Origin: Tubulanus polymorphus
Lineage: Eukaryota > Animalia > Nemertea
Length of the DNA stretch: 64,000 nt
Direction: 5' to 3'
Assembly: GCF_964204645.1 (NCBI RefSeq)
Contig: NC_134029.1
Span: forward strand, 4,650,001 to 4,714,000
In this document: positions 11,950 to 25,439 of the stretch, piece after piece
Layout: each line of letters starts with the position of its first letter
Numbering within the stretch: the stretch's first letter is position 1
Notes under the pieces: model-generated
Seen by the model: the letters and a program-made list of their open reading frames with translations, nothing else
What the model was told of the DNA's origin: nothing
Databases searched by the model: none
Translations under genes and position numbers: made by a program

Positions 11950-12022
11950 CGTCCGCGACAGGACTCGAACCTGCAATCTTCTGATTCGAAGTCAGACGCC
12001 TTATCCATTAGGCCACGCGGAC
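11950..12022 (-). tRNA. trnR-UCG: tRNA-Arg (anticodon TCG), intronless, 73 nt
   Basis: GTCCGCGTGGCCTAATGGATAAGGCGTCTGACTTCGAATCAGAAGATTGCAGGTTCGAGTCCTGTCGCGGACG: acceptor stem GTCCGCG/CGCGGAC, anticodon stem TCTGA/TCAGA, intact A and B boxes, no encoded CCA. Closely matches metazoan tRNA-Arg-TCG. Confidence 0.97.
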
Positions 12023-15000
12023 TTGTTATCTGCATTACTGGCCGACCTGAAAGCCTCGAGCTGATCGGTTGACCATTTATTTATAGTGTCGTAAATATTT
12101 GGCAAGATACTTCATTTGTTTTCAATACACTAAACGCAATTATTCGGTGGCATCTGCTCTGACAGAAGCGCCTTCGCGGCGTCATCCAAATCTCATTTTC
12201 TTTCAACAATTTTCTCGTCTTTGACAGCGGGTGTTATTGCCGAGATAAACGCGATTCGCAAAATTATGGAGTCGAGTTATGAATGATAAGCAGCCCGTAG
12301 TCGCGCTCCTGTCATTATCGGTGCCCAGATTTGACATGTCCACCCGAGATTTGTTTTGTTAACGACGCCGTTGCGATAAAAACCTATTCGCCTGAAAACA
12401 CGGATTGGGCGTCGTAGGCTTGTCATGTGACTGGTGATTGTGCGCCGTCGAGGTGTCATTCAGCCATTGATTGAAAAATGACGAAGTCGCTGGTTAAGAA
12501 TTTTGATTCGGAAGACTATCTGTCATAGGTGACGTTTATCAAATTATGTTTTTCGATCCTGACTGCATGAGATATTTTCTCTCTAAGCCGATGTTTTGTC
12601 GCGAACTGTTTTTGTTGAACAAGAAAGTGATTTAGTATCCCGGGTCAATGTATAGTTTGTCAATAAGTTGACACGTCCCTATACGCCTTTTACACTACTT
12701 CTGAAATATTGATCTCGTGTGCATCTTGGTCGTGCAGCTATGGAGATAAGCCGACCAGGATACGACAGCACGACCAAGGTGTTGTATCCCCGCAGTTCCA
12801 AAGTTGATTCACCTCTTGGTTTAAAACATGCTAATTCAAAGTCAGTTTCAAAATCCGTCGAGAACTGTGGAACTGTGACCAATTTTTGAGCAACTGACCC
12901 CTGGCCGTAAACTCTTCCCGCGACTCCTTGGACGGACAGGTTGCCGCTAAGCTACGCAGACTGTGGCCGCCTAGCGGCGACCTGTCCGCCAAAGAAATCG
13001 TGGGCATGTAATAGACCAATGTAGGTTTGTGGCCAGTTTGTGTTGGCATGAGTTTTGGCGGGTGGTAATCAAACCCTGGCAAGCGAGGATGTTCAGTGAC
13101 ACATTTACATTTTTCAAGTACTTGTATTTATTCGTTTTATTGTGGGACTTCTATCCAAAGTTGACATGGATAGTGTTTTATTCGACAAATGCAAGTATAT
13201 AGTTGTCTTTCGGTTTTCAAATTCATAAAGAATTGATTATGGCGGATTTCGTTTGCCATACACTGCGACAGTCGGATCGGATCCAATCTCGTTCTTCGAT
13301 GTTGTAAATTCGATAAAATATTCTCGTATTATCGATCGACGCTGATTCCACTCTCACTGAGAATTAGAGACATCGGCGCGGTGTACGGAAGCGTGAAAAT
13401 CCGTGTCGCAAACCGCTATAGGGTGTATCCGACACACTACACAACACTGTCGTTAGAATCTTAATGGATTTGATTTTATCCAATTTCACCAGCTAGTCGC
13501 GCATCATCAGCAATAATCAATATTTCGACTCTATATGTTAAAACGTATTATTGATGGTCGAGTATCGATGATGGATAGTGTATATATGTACTGACAGACT
13601 TTATATTGATATATTAGGATTGAGTTAAGTCTAGCATGTACTGTACATCACATCGATTTTGCTCTGTACCCAATCGGTCCGCGATGTCCTCGCCGGTTCA
13701 GCGAAGCACCATCGACTTTGTACGTACGCGCCGGTTTAAGGACTTGTCAGATTTCTTATTTTATATCTGCGTACATGTATTTCTTTCTATAAAATAAACT
13801 TCGAATCGATCCCGGCTTCTCGAAGCAGCGTCGAACGCGTTGCCCAAACACTCAACGTTCGATATTGCCGCCTCGACCCACTCGGAACCAGGCAGACAAT
13901 GATATACGTACAGATGAAACGATTTAATGAAATGGCCACGTTGCTCCGAACCCTCAATAATTCCAGTAGCGCCGCTACGAGCATCTTATGCTTGCACGTT
14001 GAAATGATGCGCAGCCAACGACATCGCTATCATATTACACCATACGGTGCTGCCACCTTCACAGACACGCGTTCAACTGATTTATCGCTAGAAGAGATGA
14101 GGCTAACGACGTTCTAATGAGATAATTATATAATGAATTAGTTTTCACTGATTATGGATAAATCTATCACCTTTCACGACACTGAGTGAACTTGAGAAAT
14201 AATTGGCGTGTTTGTAGCTAGCGAGAACGATGCGACCTGCAACGATTTTTCAATGAAAAGAAGAAGCCGAGACGAAGCTGATTCTCGCGGTGTAAAGTGC
14301 CGAGCCATTTGAAGAGTAATTTAAACTGCTTTGAGAAGAGAGAACGATGTTTTGTGTAGCGCAGACTAAAAGCTAAACATGAAATGGTCGCTGTAGGCTG
14401 TTAGCAGTTCAATACGGATGAAAGTCTTTACGTGTCGAATCGTGCTGGAATTCGAGACAGTTTCGGAGCCTCAAACACTCGTTCCTGAATCCATGGTATT
14501 CTATTACGCGCAGGGGTAAATAAGTCGTAAATTCAAAAACTCGTGAAAAGTTCTCAGAATCACAGAAGAAATCAATAGTGTCATCGTTTCAAGCTTAACT
14601 TTATGCGCGTGACCTTCAAAATGATAGGCTTTCAGAGCATTTCACACTGGTGAACTGATCTTCAGATTGATGGTCGTATTTCAAAAGATAGAAAATGTTC
14701 CTCGACGTCCCAGGGCTCTGCAAAATTCACCTTTGTATGAAAAAAAAAACAATCGATTACAGTCAGACACCTTGCGTGGTTTCTAAACACGTCGAAAGCT
14801 TCCGCGAAAAGAAACATCTCCAAAAAGTTTCGGGAGGATTTCATCAAGCAATTGTAATTCACTCAATCCACACCGGTACGTGCCTGTATAGAATCTATGT
14901 ACGAAAGGGATTAGCGAGCGGATTATAGACGAGGATTAGTGACAGATTATATCAGAGATGGAAATTGTTTCTATTCATCGTACGGAGGGGATAAACCAGC

Positions 15001-15910
15001 AGTAATACCCCGAGACTGCGGCCCACTGGACAACATACATACATGTACTTATAGCGCTGTAGAATTTTACTGTGAGGTTGTTGTTGAATACTGTGTTGAC
15101 CGGATTACCGGGTGACGTATCCATTCTTTGCGAGTTATGATTGATAGCACGAGATGAAATGGCTGCGAATGCCGACAATTCACGGATAAATCTCGTTGCA
15201 TTCGTGTATTAATTGGATTTGTGAATTAATTGTATTTTCTGCGCTGGCGAAGAATAAGCGACCGGTCGCAAATTCTGTCTCGGTTAATACCTGCGTATTA
15301 CGTGTTGCTTTATTTCGCTTCATTGATGCCGGACTTAGGCTTGTCTGCGGATGAAATTAAGCCGTGTTTTTAGATGGAAAATACTCGCGGGTATTGGCTT
15401 TACGCCACAAGTGGCTTATGGGTCCATATTCCAATGATTAGATGGAACGATGGCGTTGGAATTTTCTGCGTGGAATCTGTCGAGGCGGCTTTTCTGATGC
15501 GTTCGCGAGACGGATGTTTGACCTAAACGCCACCCTCGATCATAATTCCCGAGTATCAGGAATTCAAAAATCTGTTGCCTGCTCACACCCTGCAGTGTCT
15601 CATTCAGAAAATGATACCAATTAATTAGCGTAGACGGCGATCTCTTCCCCGGTGGAATAATCATTTTAAATAATGCATACAAGTTGTAACCGTGATGAAT
15701 GAGTCGCACGGAGATGTCACACGTGTTGTCTCTCGAATCGTGGCCTTACGGCTTCATCAAACTGGCGTCAAAACATTCGAAAATCTTCGTGAGAATTCAC
15801 CGGAATTCGTAAACTATATACTTTGTTATATAGATCGTTATAGAAATCCCGCTTTACAAAACGAAAGAAAAAGCTCGTCTAGAAAGTTTCCTCGAGCTAA
15901 TATGATTGTA

Positions 15911-15946
15911 GATGTTTCGATTGTATCCTATGATAGTCATCTTCAA
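15911..15946 (-). other. Decayed minimal hammerhead ribozyme motif
   Basis: Minus strand TTGAAGA-T-GACTATCATAGGATACAATC-GAAACATC; one core substitution and an interrupted stem II. Confidence 0.4.
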
Positions 15947-17703
15947 GAGTACTGACGTTATAAACAAAATTATGAAATATACTTCAATCCAGACATATTT
16001 GAGACTAATTAAGTAATCAGATGTGATACAAACTGGGTAATAGTATAGTTACAAGCAAAACAAATTTAATCCAGACAGTACCCCCTATATTCTGCTCTGA
16101 TTATATCTTGATTACATCATGCGCATGTTTTATCTCCATTTTCTAAAAAAGCATTTTCGCTCTTGCGGATGAAAATCTGTTTAATGAATTTACATAAATG
16201 CGGCGTCGTTTGTCTGCGACTCGATCCTGATTAATGTCACTGCGAATACAAATAACTTGACACTGGTATAAACCAGTGTCACTGATTTGCACAATCCTTA
16301 CTGATGAAGTAACGTACCTTGTCTACCAGTTGCCACTCATCTTCTCAAAGTGCTCTTACAAGCTTCACCGAACACCAGCAGCAATTGCCATAGTAACCAA
16401 AATGAAGATCGGCATCCCGGCGGAATTTGGGCTACCAAGCGTTCACAAGATTTCTCCATATCTCGAAGCTAGTGTTGTGGACACACACAAAGTACGACGT
16501 CGAATATTTTCAGCATCGTGTCATGTCAGCTGGTGACTTTATGCACACAGACTTGCCGGAATTATGTTTTCCCCAATTTTCATTCTCGTCGAAGAGCCCT
16601 TTTTGTTACCTTAAAAACCTGCAAATTGACGCGTAAAATGACTTTTATGATGAACGAGGCGAATAGATGTTTAATTACATAAATGGTACCGGGGGTCACT
16701 TTTGTCCTCAGAATTAGCCCCATAGCAATTGATTTACGTACTATAAAACAACGATAAAACGCTATCAACTCGCAGTTTTATGATCTCTTTTTGCTTCTTG
16801 GTGCGAATGTCTTGATGCAGGGACTCGACTTGGCAATTTGTATATATAGTAGGTGTTAAGCTTGGTTCTTGTTTCGCAACTGCTGGATAATCTTTGCAGC
16901 CCATAGCAGCACCAGGGAGGGAGTCCTAAATCCGCTACGTATTCATACCCTTAACTCGGTCACGACTCATGTAAACTGTAGAAAAGACTACTTCAGTGGA
17001 GTAGTTCAGTACTTCAATGTCGTCTTGCCGGTGTAGAGACATTTTTAGCTTCTTACTGAAAGTCGTCGATTGCGATCGAAGATAAAGACAAAGATTTATA
17101 GCCTAATCTAAACACTTCGATTGCATCGCTCGTCTTCAAAGGGGATCTATTGAAAAATATGAGCTCGGAACATCGAAGATTCGCGTTAATGAGGTTTTAT
17201 GCCTGAAAATCGCCGATTGATCAAACTTACGTTGATGAGAATGCGTCTTTAATGCTACAGTTAAGTTTGATGTTTAGACACTTGATGAATGAAACGACGA
17301 CGGAACACGAGGGGAGAACGTTAATTAAAAGTATACGAAATCATATCACTCAAAACAACAGCAAATATCAGGCGACACTCGTGTCGGCTTTAGTGACAGC
17401 AGTAACAGCCTCAGACTGCGTGTCTGTGTCTGTATCGAGCTGGAGTCAATGACCTGCAATCTCAATATCGCAAACACCAAGCAACCTAAAAGTCGGTTCA
17501 ATTCTATTTACCGAACTGATGTAAAGATATGTATTCGCCTCCTCATACTTTACTCTTAGTCTTTGTAGTAAAATTTGGTCCATTTTCAATCACGTTTTAA
17601 AACGGTTTTTTATCATCTGGTCCAAATACAATCACATCAAAAAATGACTTTTCTATTCGGTGTTTTGTTTTAGTTGTCATTAGCCGTAGATAGCGTAGTA
17701 ACG

Positions 17704-17741
17704 ACTAGCGCACCTGGTGGATCCTCAATTGCCACAGTAGC
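17704..17741 (-). mobile_element. Dispersed repeat family A, copy 2
   Basis: Reverse complement GCTACTGTGGCAATTGAGGATCCACCAGGTGCGCTAGT matches 38-99. Confidence 0.6.
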
Positions 17742-19610
17742 GTTGCTATATCTGCATTTATTCACGGCGAGATTCTTGCATCGACCAGCTATCCGCCACT
17801 ATAACCATTTAACCATGCTCCTTTACTTTGAGTAAGTCTTAAAGAGTTTCACATTTTTGCTGTCGTCATTTTGTTCGCCATAATGGTTCGAATTCGTCAT
17901 CATTTCGCTGATCATCGTCGCCATCATCATCGTTAGATGTTGTTTTAGATAATCGGATTTCAACCTGTAGATGAACTTTGCCGACCAAATTCAAAAGTAA
18001 AATTACAGTTCACCTATTACAGAAGCCGTTATGAATCAGCAAAAAAAATCCGATTCGTCAGTAGCTTTTGATGACGATATTGTTTTTGTAATCTGATATA
18101 ATAAAGCTCTTTACAATAGTACAGTTTATAGGTGACTCATGGTATTATTACGTATACTAATAACCACCGTGTGCGCGTGGAACTGGACGCGCTTTGTCCT
18201 ATTAATGAGATAGTGAATGGTAGTTCAGAAGCCGCGCGGTTTTTTCATCATATCGTCGGGTTCCAGTAAATTAAAGCGTCGATAATGCGTCATCATTGCG
18301 CGAGTCTTTGCTGTCATTAAGACTGTCACTGACTGTGCGGTGTCGGTAGTGTGTCTCGTGTCTCGAGATGGGGGTCATTTGCGTTCAAAATCATTTTGAG
18401 CGCAACAGATCGATGATAAATGCACTATAGTGGCATCGAATGACGAACGGATTGCGTATAAGTGTATTAAAACAGTTTTTATGGGCATCGACTTCGATTT
18501 TAAAACCCTAACTAAACCTTGCACTTAGCATACTACACGCTTCGATTCCAATGTTGCTTACGACTCGATAGAAATCATCGGCTTTTAGTTCCTTGCTGCC
18601 TGGCTTATCCTTTTCCTTCGGGAAATAGTTTTTCAGGGGCCATCTGAATATCTAGGTATAAAATTCATTTCATATCATTACCACGCATGTATGTAGCGTG
18701 TATATGTGAGATGGCGGTGGCTCCAGGCTGGGAGAAGATGCTGAGAACCTATTAAGGATTGATTTGCCCCTAATCTGGCTGTTGTCTAGTTAATTATGGG
18801 GATTTAAGTCATTTCCGTGGTTTACAAGAGTCCGACACAGCTGCAGACACGAGCCCTCATTAGCAGACGCGACAGTAGAAGTATAGCAGACGATCTTATG
18901 TGGCTGCTTTATATACGACATTTCTACCATTCGTTTCTTCGTTACTGTTGTATTTCAAAGGAATATGCCTTCTTATCCCGAAGGCCTGAATGAAAATTAT
19001 TCAACCTCTGGAAACATTGTTCGTTCCCAGGGAAGTGTGATGCTCATCACACTTCCCTGGTTCCATACGGAAATATCTCTTAACTCGTGGAGTCAGTTAC
19101 AAGTTGAAACAGTTTTTGTTACTGAGCTCGTTCTGCGCGTGCTGTGTATCGGCGTGTGATCAGCCGATCTTAGATTAATAATCCATCAGTTATCTTTCAC
19201 TGACTCATATAATCAAACACATTTATTTCCCGGCCTAAAATCATCGTTAGTTGCCGCGATATAGCGAATTGACACACGCGGGTTACGCCGCGCGCGCATC
19301 GATGATGGAATGCGCGAATTTGTTTATTCAATGAGACATCCACTGTGGATGCGGGTCCGTTCAGGGCTCTGATGTGTCAGAAATGTGCGCAGCTTTAGTT
19401 GTTTCAGTTATTTTTCCAGGAGCAATAATCATTCCATGTGATTAGTCCAATATGGGTTGATTTTATTTTTAGTCGCGTAATAGGAATTCTGTACGCATTG
19501 ACAAGAAAACCAAATATCAAACCAAACGACGTTATTATACCCATGAAGGAATTTCCATATATATTATTTTTGTCAAACCCTCAGTCAAAATTGTCTATAC
19601 GTACATGTAT

Positions 19611-19649
19611 ATACATCTAACAATTCCAATACATCTAACAATTCCAATA
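19611..19649. repeat. Perfect 18-bp tandem duplication (ATACATCTAACAATTCCA x2)
   Basis: Units at 19611-19628 and 19629-19646 read directly. Confidence 0.9.
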
Positions 19650-21994
19650 AGCTGTGCACTAAAACGACTCATTCCTATTACAACAAAAATTGATTGCTTC
19701 GACCGGAGGGCAAATAGCGGACATATATTGGAATATCGCTTGTTTGTAAATCCATCACTGATGCCGGTATTAATTCTCGAGGTTTCAAATCACTCGCTGT
19801 CGCCATTGCGCAGCTCGTTCGTGTGTTTTGCCGTCGTGCTTTTGTCCCACAAGTATATTCACGAGTAATATTAAGTTACGACAGTTTTTGTTTACCGATA
19901 ATTGATATAAACATTTCGACGGTCGCGAATTTGAGTGTTGGCTGAAGTGTGTAAAAGCTCTTATCCTAATGGACGGCGTTCCCGGGCTCCACACGTCCTC
20001 GTGTTTAGTTAACCTGCCGTCGTATTGTTCTCACCGCGACGAAATACAATAGGGCAACGATCGCGGCAACGGCAAAAACTCGGCAATAATCTGGGTTTCT
20101 CACAGAGACAATAGACTTGAAGTTCATTATTGCCACATTCGTGGCACGTAAAACTAATTGAGGTGTAAACAATTATCTTATTCATATCAATTACACAAAA
20201 TACGATTTTTATCAATTATCTCGGGTAAAGATGGTAGACAAATGAATTGATAGATGTTGAAAAATGGTGATGTAAAATGATCTTTCCCTTTTTTCATCAT
20301 TCTGTCTGATGGCTTGACACTTTGCTTTGTGGTATGTATAACTTGAACATTTTGTGGGTGTAAGTAGCCAACATTTATTTCCCAAATACCCCATACAACA
20401 CATGAGTGTCGTAGGATTCTTAAAGTTGTAGACTATAAAATATGGAATACATGTATGTCACAAATTTACTTCAATGTTACAATTATACGCAGTAGAAAAT
20501 TAAAGTCTTGATAATTAATTCAAACTCGTCCTGCGAGTATATTGACTTGATTTAAAGGCGTTTTGAAGAATGTAACTTGACCAAAGTAGTATAGGCCCGG
20601 GCCCAACAGTGCTTCATTCTGGCTACGCCCCAGCAGCATTGTGTTATATTTCTATAATAAACAATATAACGACCGTGTTTGGCCTTGGCTGATGAAAGTT
20701 CCGCCGTTCTTTTCGAGTGGTTGTCGTCGGTGATTTTTGTTGCTGTTATTGGCAGCAGAAACGGGCAAATTTCCATCATAATTCGGCTCTACATCTGCGG
20801 CGGAATGATCGCCGCCAGCGTACGAATACACGAGACAATCGGCAATCATTTATCGGCGCGATGCGAAGATTCTTTCATATGAAAGTGTCGTATCTATAAT
20901 TTCGTCTTTTTGTCGCTTGTTCAGTCTGTCTGTCTGCTCTTGCCCTTCAGGTATATTTGATGTCGGTGTGGAGCTGGTGCGCCGAGTTCCATATTAGTAT
21001 CGCGTCATCTCCATCTAGTTATAAGTCGCGAAGCTTTTCACGCATCATGGAACTAGGTTCAACCACCTCGAACTCGTTTGCTGAACTGGGGGTAAAGAAT
21101 TGAGGATACAAATATCAGATAGTGTTTCGTGTTATCATGTTATGTGTATTCACCCAATCTTATACATTTTCTGGAATAACTTGAAGCATTCACATTATTT
21201 CACTCCCTGTTATCCCAAGAGTGGATTTGACATGAATTCTAACATGTTTTACTTTGGTGCAACCCATGCTCACAATTCCCTACTATAGGCCAAAATACGA
21301 CTACTGTCAGTGTTATATATTGTCATTGTCAAGTTGGAGGGGGGGGGGAAATCTTTCCAAATAGGGTTGACAGAAGCAAAGATGAATTACGAGCAAAAAA
21401 TTGATCAACATAACCGTCGAAACACAGAGGACAACGGTCAATTACCAAAGGAGTGATGGAAATCTATACTTCTTTTCTTCATAGTGTGCGTATGAATCTA
21501 TACATGCATATCGGCGACAAAATTAAAGACAACTATGTATAATAATCATATGAACAAATAAAGTCAGTGTTTGTTGACATTGTTGGCGGTTTTACCCTCG
21601 TGTGCGGGATGTATATCGGATTCGGGCGGCTTTATTTACTTCCCTCGTATATTAATAGTATTATTACTGGTTAAATATTGGCCGTGGATAGGGGTTCAGT
21701 AGCCACCGTCATCTGTCCAGGATGTTTGCCTTATTAATGCGAATTGCCAGCAACCCCCGTATTTACAATATCGATGTATGTATGCGCGAGACCGGAGACA
21801 AATTCTCAGAAATTATCATAATATTTTTGTGCGTAACAATGTAAACCACGAGTTGAAATGTAAAATTGTTAAACTTCCAGTACACTTCTTAAATGAGCAG
21901 CCTCACTTACAAGAAAAGTAATGTAGAAAAGCCCTCGAACGTCATTCCGAGTTTTTCAATGGTGAATAATCCAAATACTAGATTAACTTTATAG

Positions 21995-22010
21995 TGCTGC
22001 CACCTAGTCA
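21995..22010 (-). promoter_or_regulatory. CTCF-like motif
   Basis: Minus strand TGACTAGGTGGCAGCA resembles the CTCF core CCACYAGRKGGCAG; motif match only. Confidence 0.3.
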
Positions 22011-23183
22011 TTTCGTTACCGATAATGAGTGATTTGAGTAAAGGCAAAGAATAACATTTTACTCATCTTTAAATTAAAATATTTCACCAATCCGTCGATA
22101 CATACGTATGAAGTGGTTGTTATAAAACTTTGTTTGTGTAGTTAAACATAATTTTCTCATGATGTTCGGCGTGGTTTGTGGAGAGATTTTGACCTATCTA
22201 TTTCTGTAGTGTCATTCACTAACCAATACGTACGTCACTTATCCCGTATTTTCTGGCATGAAGTACCCTCGCTTTGTGCACTGTGAATACACTTCCATCT
22301 CTCCATTACCACAACAGTAGACACGTGTGCGTACGATCATCAATAAACCGTGACATAAATGTGATGATTATTGGATGTTGCGTACATTGTATGCATACAC
22401 ATAGGTGTAAGAACCGCGCGGATGTCCGGGGTTTGAAACATCCGATGCGAATACTGTTCGGGTTGCATACTCGCTATTATGATATGGTGTCAATACCCTC
22501 CTCAAACTATTTCTTCTATAGACAGTCTCCAGTCTGTGATAAAAAGCTAAGCTTTCTGTGGGTGTCACCAAGTCTTCTGGACTGTGGACATTCAATATTT
22601 TCGTTTTCGCTATCAAGCACCAATCAGTTGAGTACACCGTATACTATAATGTCCCCCTCACTAATTGCAGCTGGATGCACTTTCTCTGACCCGCCAGTCA
22701 GAGTTTAATGATCCATAGGGTTGAGTTTCCTGATTGAAGTCTGCACAAGAGAAGTATCTTCATGTCTGAATGTCCCTAGGGACATAATTAATTAAATCAA
22801 TGACCTAAGATTCACACATTTACTATATATAAACAAGTATGCCTGTGTCGGAGAGTTCACTGAAAGAAATGAAGGACCAGGTACGAACGAGATTCTGAAG
22901 CGTCTGTAAGAAATGAAATACAGCTTCGAGAAGGAATCCACTCGTTCAACTGATTATGCCGAACCTAGTAGTAGCCTGCAAACGGAAAGTGTCACTCAGG
23001 TTTCACTTGAATGAGATAGTTCCACTTCTCGGAGACTCATTGAGATTGAAGCTACATGAGTGCATCTCGTTGCATCTAATTGAATGGTGTTAAAAATAGT
23101 TCTAGTTAGAATCACAAATCCCGCTATAAATCAATATTCGCTTTGTATCGATCCGAATCGATAGTTAATGGAGAGTACGCAGA

Positions 23184-23256
23184 GCCCGGTTAGCTCAGCC
23201 GGTAGAGCATCAGGCTTTTAACCTGAGGGTCCTGGGTTCGAGTCCCATACCGGGCG
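23184..23256 (+). tRNA. trnK-UUU: tRNA-Lys (anticodon TTT), intronless, 73 nt
   Basis: GCCCGGTTAGCTCAGCCGGTAGAGCATCAGGCTTTTAACCTGAGGGTCCTGGGTTCGAGTCCCATACCGGGCG: acceptor stem GCCCGGT/ACCGGGC, anticodon stem TCAGG/CCTGA, loop CTTTTAA, A and B boxes present. One mismatch (C49:T65) at the base of the T stem. Confidence 0.93.
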
Positions 23257-23269
23257 CTTAACAATTCAA

Positions 23270-23281
23270 TTTTTCTTTTTT
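23270..23281 (+). terminator. RNA polymerase III oligo-T terminator of tRNA-Lys
   Basis: TTTTTCTTTTTT starting 14 nt downstream of the tRNA 3' end. Confidence 0.85.
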
Positions 23282-25400
23282 ATTCAGGCATCACATTTTA
23301 AGATAATTAAGATAATTTCACTATAATCTAAACCAATAATTGTAACGTAGCTAACTGATTGTAATCCAAGTATTATAACGTAACCGATTGGGTTCTGATA
23401 AAATCGCTAGTAGCGTTTAGCAACCGTGAAACCCTGGGGTTGATGGCGCAACCATGACGGATATATAAGTTTATACCTTACTAGATTTGTGGATTCTATC
23501 TACGTATCTATACTGCTGCAATATAACGACCGAAGCAATCAAAGCTAATATTCGGTAAAACGATCGTAAATTGTCGTCGTGTAACTATCTATCCGTACAC
23601 GGTCTCACTGATGAAGCTACAGCCGAATCAAATCATAATCGCGCGCGACCAGTAGCAGTATCTAATCACAGGCGCAATATGGAGGAGAACCGTGTATTTT
23701 AGAACCACAAGTCAACGGTGGTCTCTATGGAGAGTATCAAAACGTAGTTTCTTTTGATTTTAATCCTAGTTAGGTAGATATATTTGCTCATAGCTTAGAA
23801 GATAAAATCCATTTCAAACACGAATATGGAATCTTATCCATTCTACAACGGAATTACCATTTTCGACTGTCACTTTTTGCTTGAAATGTCTAATCCGTGG
23901 CGCCATGACATCAAACCTCGATTTCTTTATGTTTCATTCGCTTCCGCGTCGTTTATTCACGAGGCGAAAACTCTCTTTTGGGCCATAGCGGAAATAGGAG
24001 CTCATAATCTTTATGTAGTTTTTGTATGGAGTGACATGGAGTAAACAAGCTCTGGTCAAATAAGATTGGCCATGTGTATAATAACCATCCTTTCAAAAAC
24101 TGCGAATTCAATTCGAATGCAGTTTTCACGAAATGAATCACGCCGGGTGATAACCCGAATGGCTCGCATTCGCTTTGACCATAAAAGGCACCAATAACGC
24201 TTTGAGAGTAAGAGATTTTATCATTGGTGACTCTTTCATTTGTTGACATACACCTTGAGTTGACTTAACGAGATAAGGCGAGACCAAGTCAAAATGATAA
24301 GCATCTAAATCATAGGGGTACCAGGTCTAACGGGCCCCGTGAATATACATTGACGCCTGAAGTGTGTGGGTCATACAGAACCCGCGGCTACAAACATCAT
24401 TTCTACGGTCATTTTTGTTGCAAAACCGTTTCGTTGCCTCTTTCATTGCACGCGGATAAAGGACATGTGAAAAAAACCGCAAGAACATTATTTGGACCAT
24501 AGGTCCAATTAGTGGTAGTTTGGAAAAATGCTTTTTTGAGCGGAAATCGAAAAGTTTTAATAACCGGATTTGAAAATGTGCACAAAACTAGCCAATTTTT
24601 TACAAGACGACTTGACTAATTGTTTACACGGGTAAATCATACAAATGGTATTTATACTGAGAATATAAAATCATTTATTTACCAAATAAATTGCACACAA
24701 TTATTAATGGTTTACTTTTCTGTATATCGTTGAAGATTCTGAGAAATAAACTACCTACCACCCCCACAGACGAGTGAGTCTCATTGTACAGTACAGCTGT
24801 TTCAGTACTGAGACTGACGCTATTTCAGCTGAGTTCTATGTAGAGCGAGTGATTTTCTCGAAGTTAAAACAAAAAGAGCAGTTTTATTACCACCGGATTA
24901 AAACTTTAAAGAGATATTTCCGATTTCTAGGATTAAATACTCGGTGTTATATCAATCGTTATCGGAAGGTAGGTTTTTCGACTAAATTTGGATTTTTATG
25001 GAGTTTTCCGATCTATCTTTGAACATATCCCGCGGCATTCGTGCACGAATACCTTGACCTGTGTTGAGTTTGAACTAGAGAAAGTTATAATTAGGTTAGA
25101 GAGATGTATTGCATTTCGGTTTCTAAGTAGTAGTACAGCTGCCACGTTTTCTTCAAAAATTTCAATTTGAAGCCTTTGTGTGCGATGAAAACGTTCATTA
25201 TGATGGGCGTTCGAAGTTTTGAGTTTCCGAATTGAAGTAAAAATTAGATACATTAAAACCCAAGATCATACAACATTCATAAGATTCTTACTCTGTATCG
25301 AAACGAAACTGAGTTAGATTGACCAACCGTCTCGTGATGTACGTATCATTTTCTAGCCGTTGTTACCGTTAGGGGTTGTCCGCATTCTTCGGGTTTGTTT

Positions 25401-25439
25401 GTTAGATAACGTTTAAACGTCCATGGTTAGATCATGGAC
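25401..25439. mobile_element. Probable transposon footprint with 7-bp duplication GTTAGAT
   Basis: GTTAGAT|AACGTTTAAACGTCCATG|GTTAGAT|CATGGAC; the insert is a CATGGACGTT-type palindrome lacking its left 5 nt. Confidence 0.5.

Noticed and set aside
18417-18428. 12-nt match to miR-277 (TAAATGCACTAT)
   Set aside because: No complementary 5' arm upstream; the rest diverges.
25123-25134. 12-nt match to the 5' end of miR-252 (CTAAGTAGTAGT)
   Set aside because: The 3' half diverges and no complementary hairpin arm is visible.
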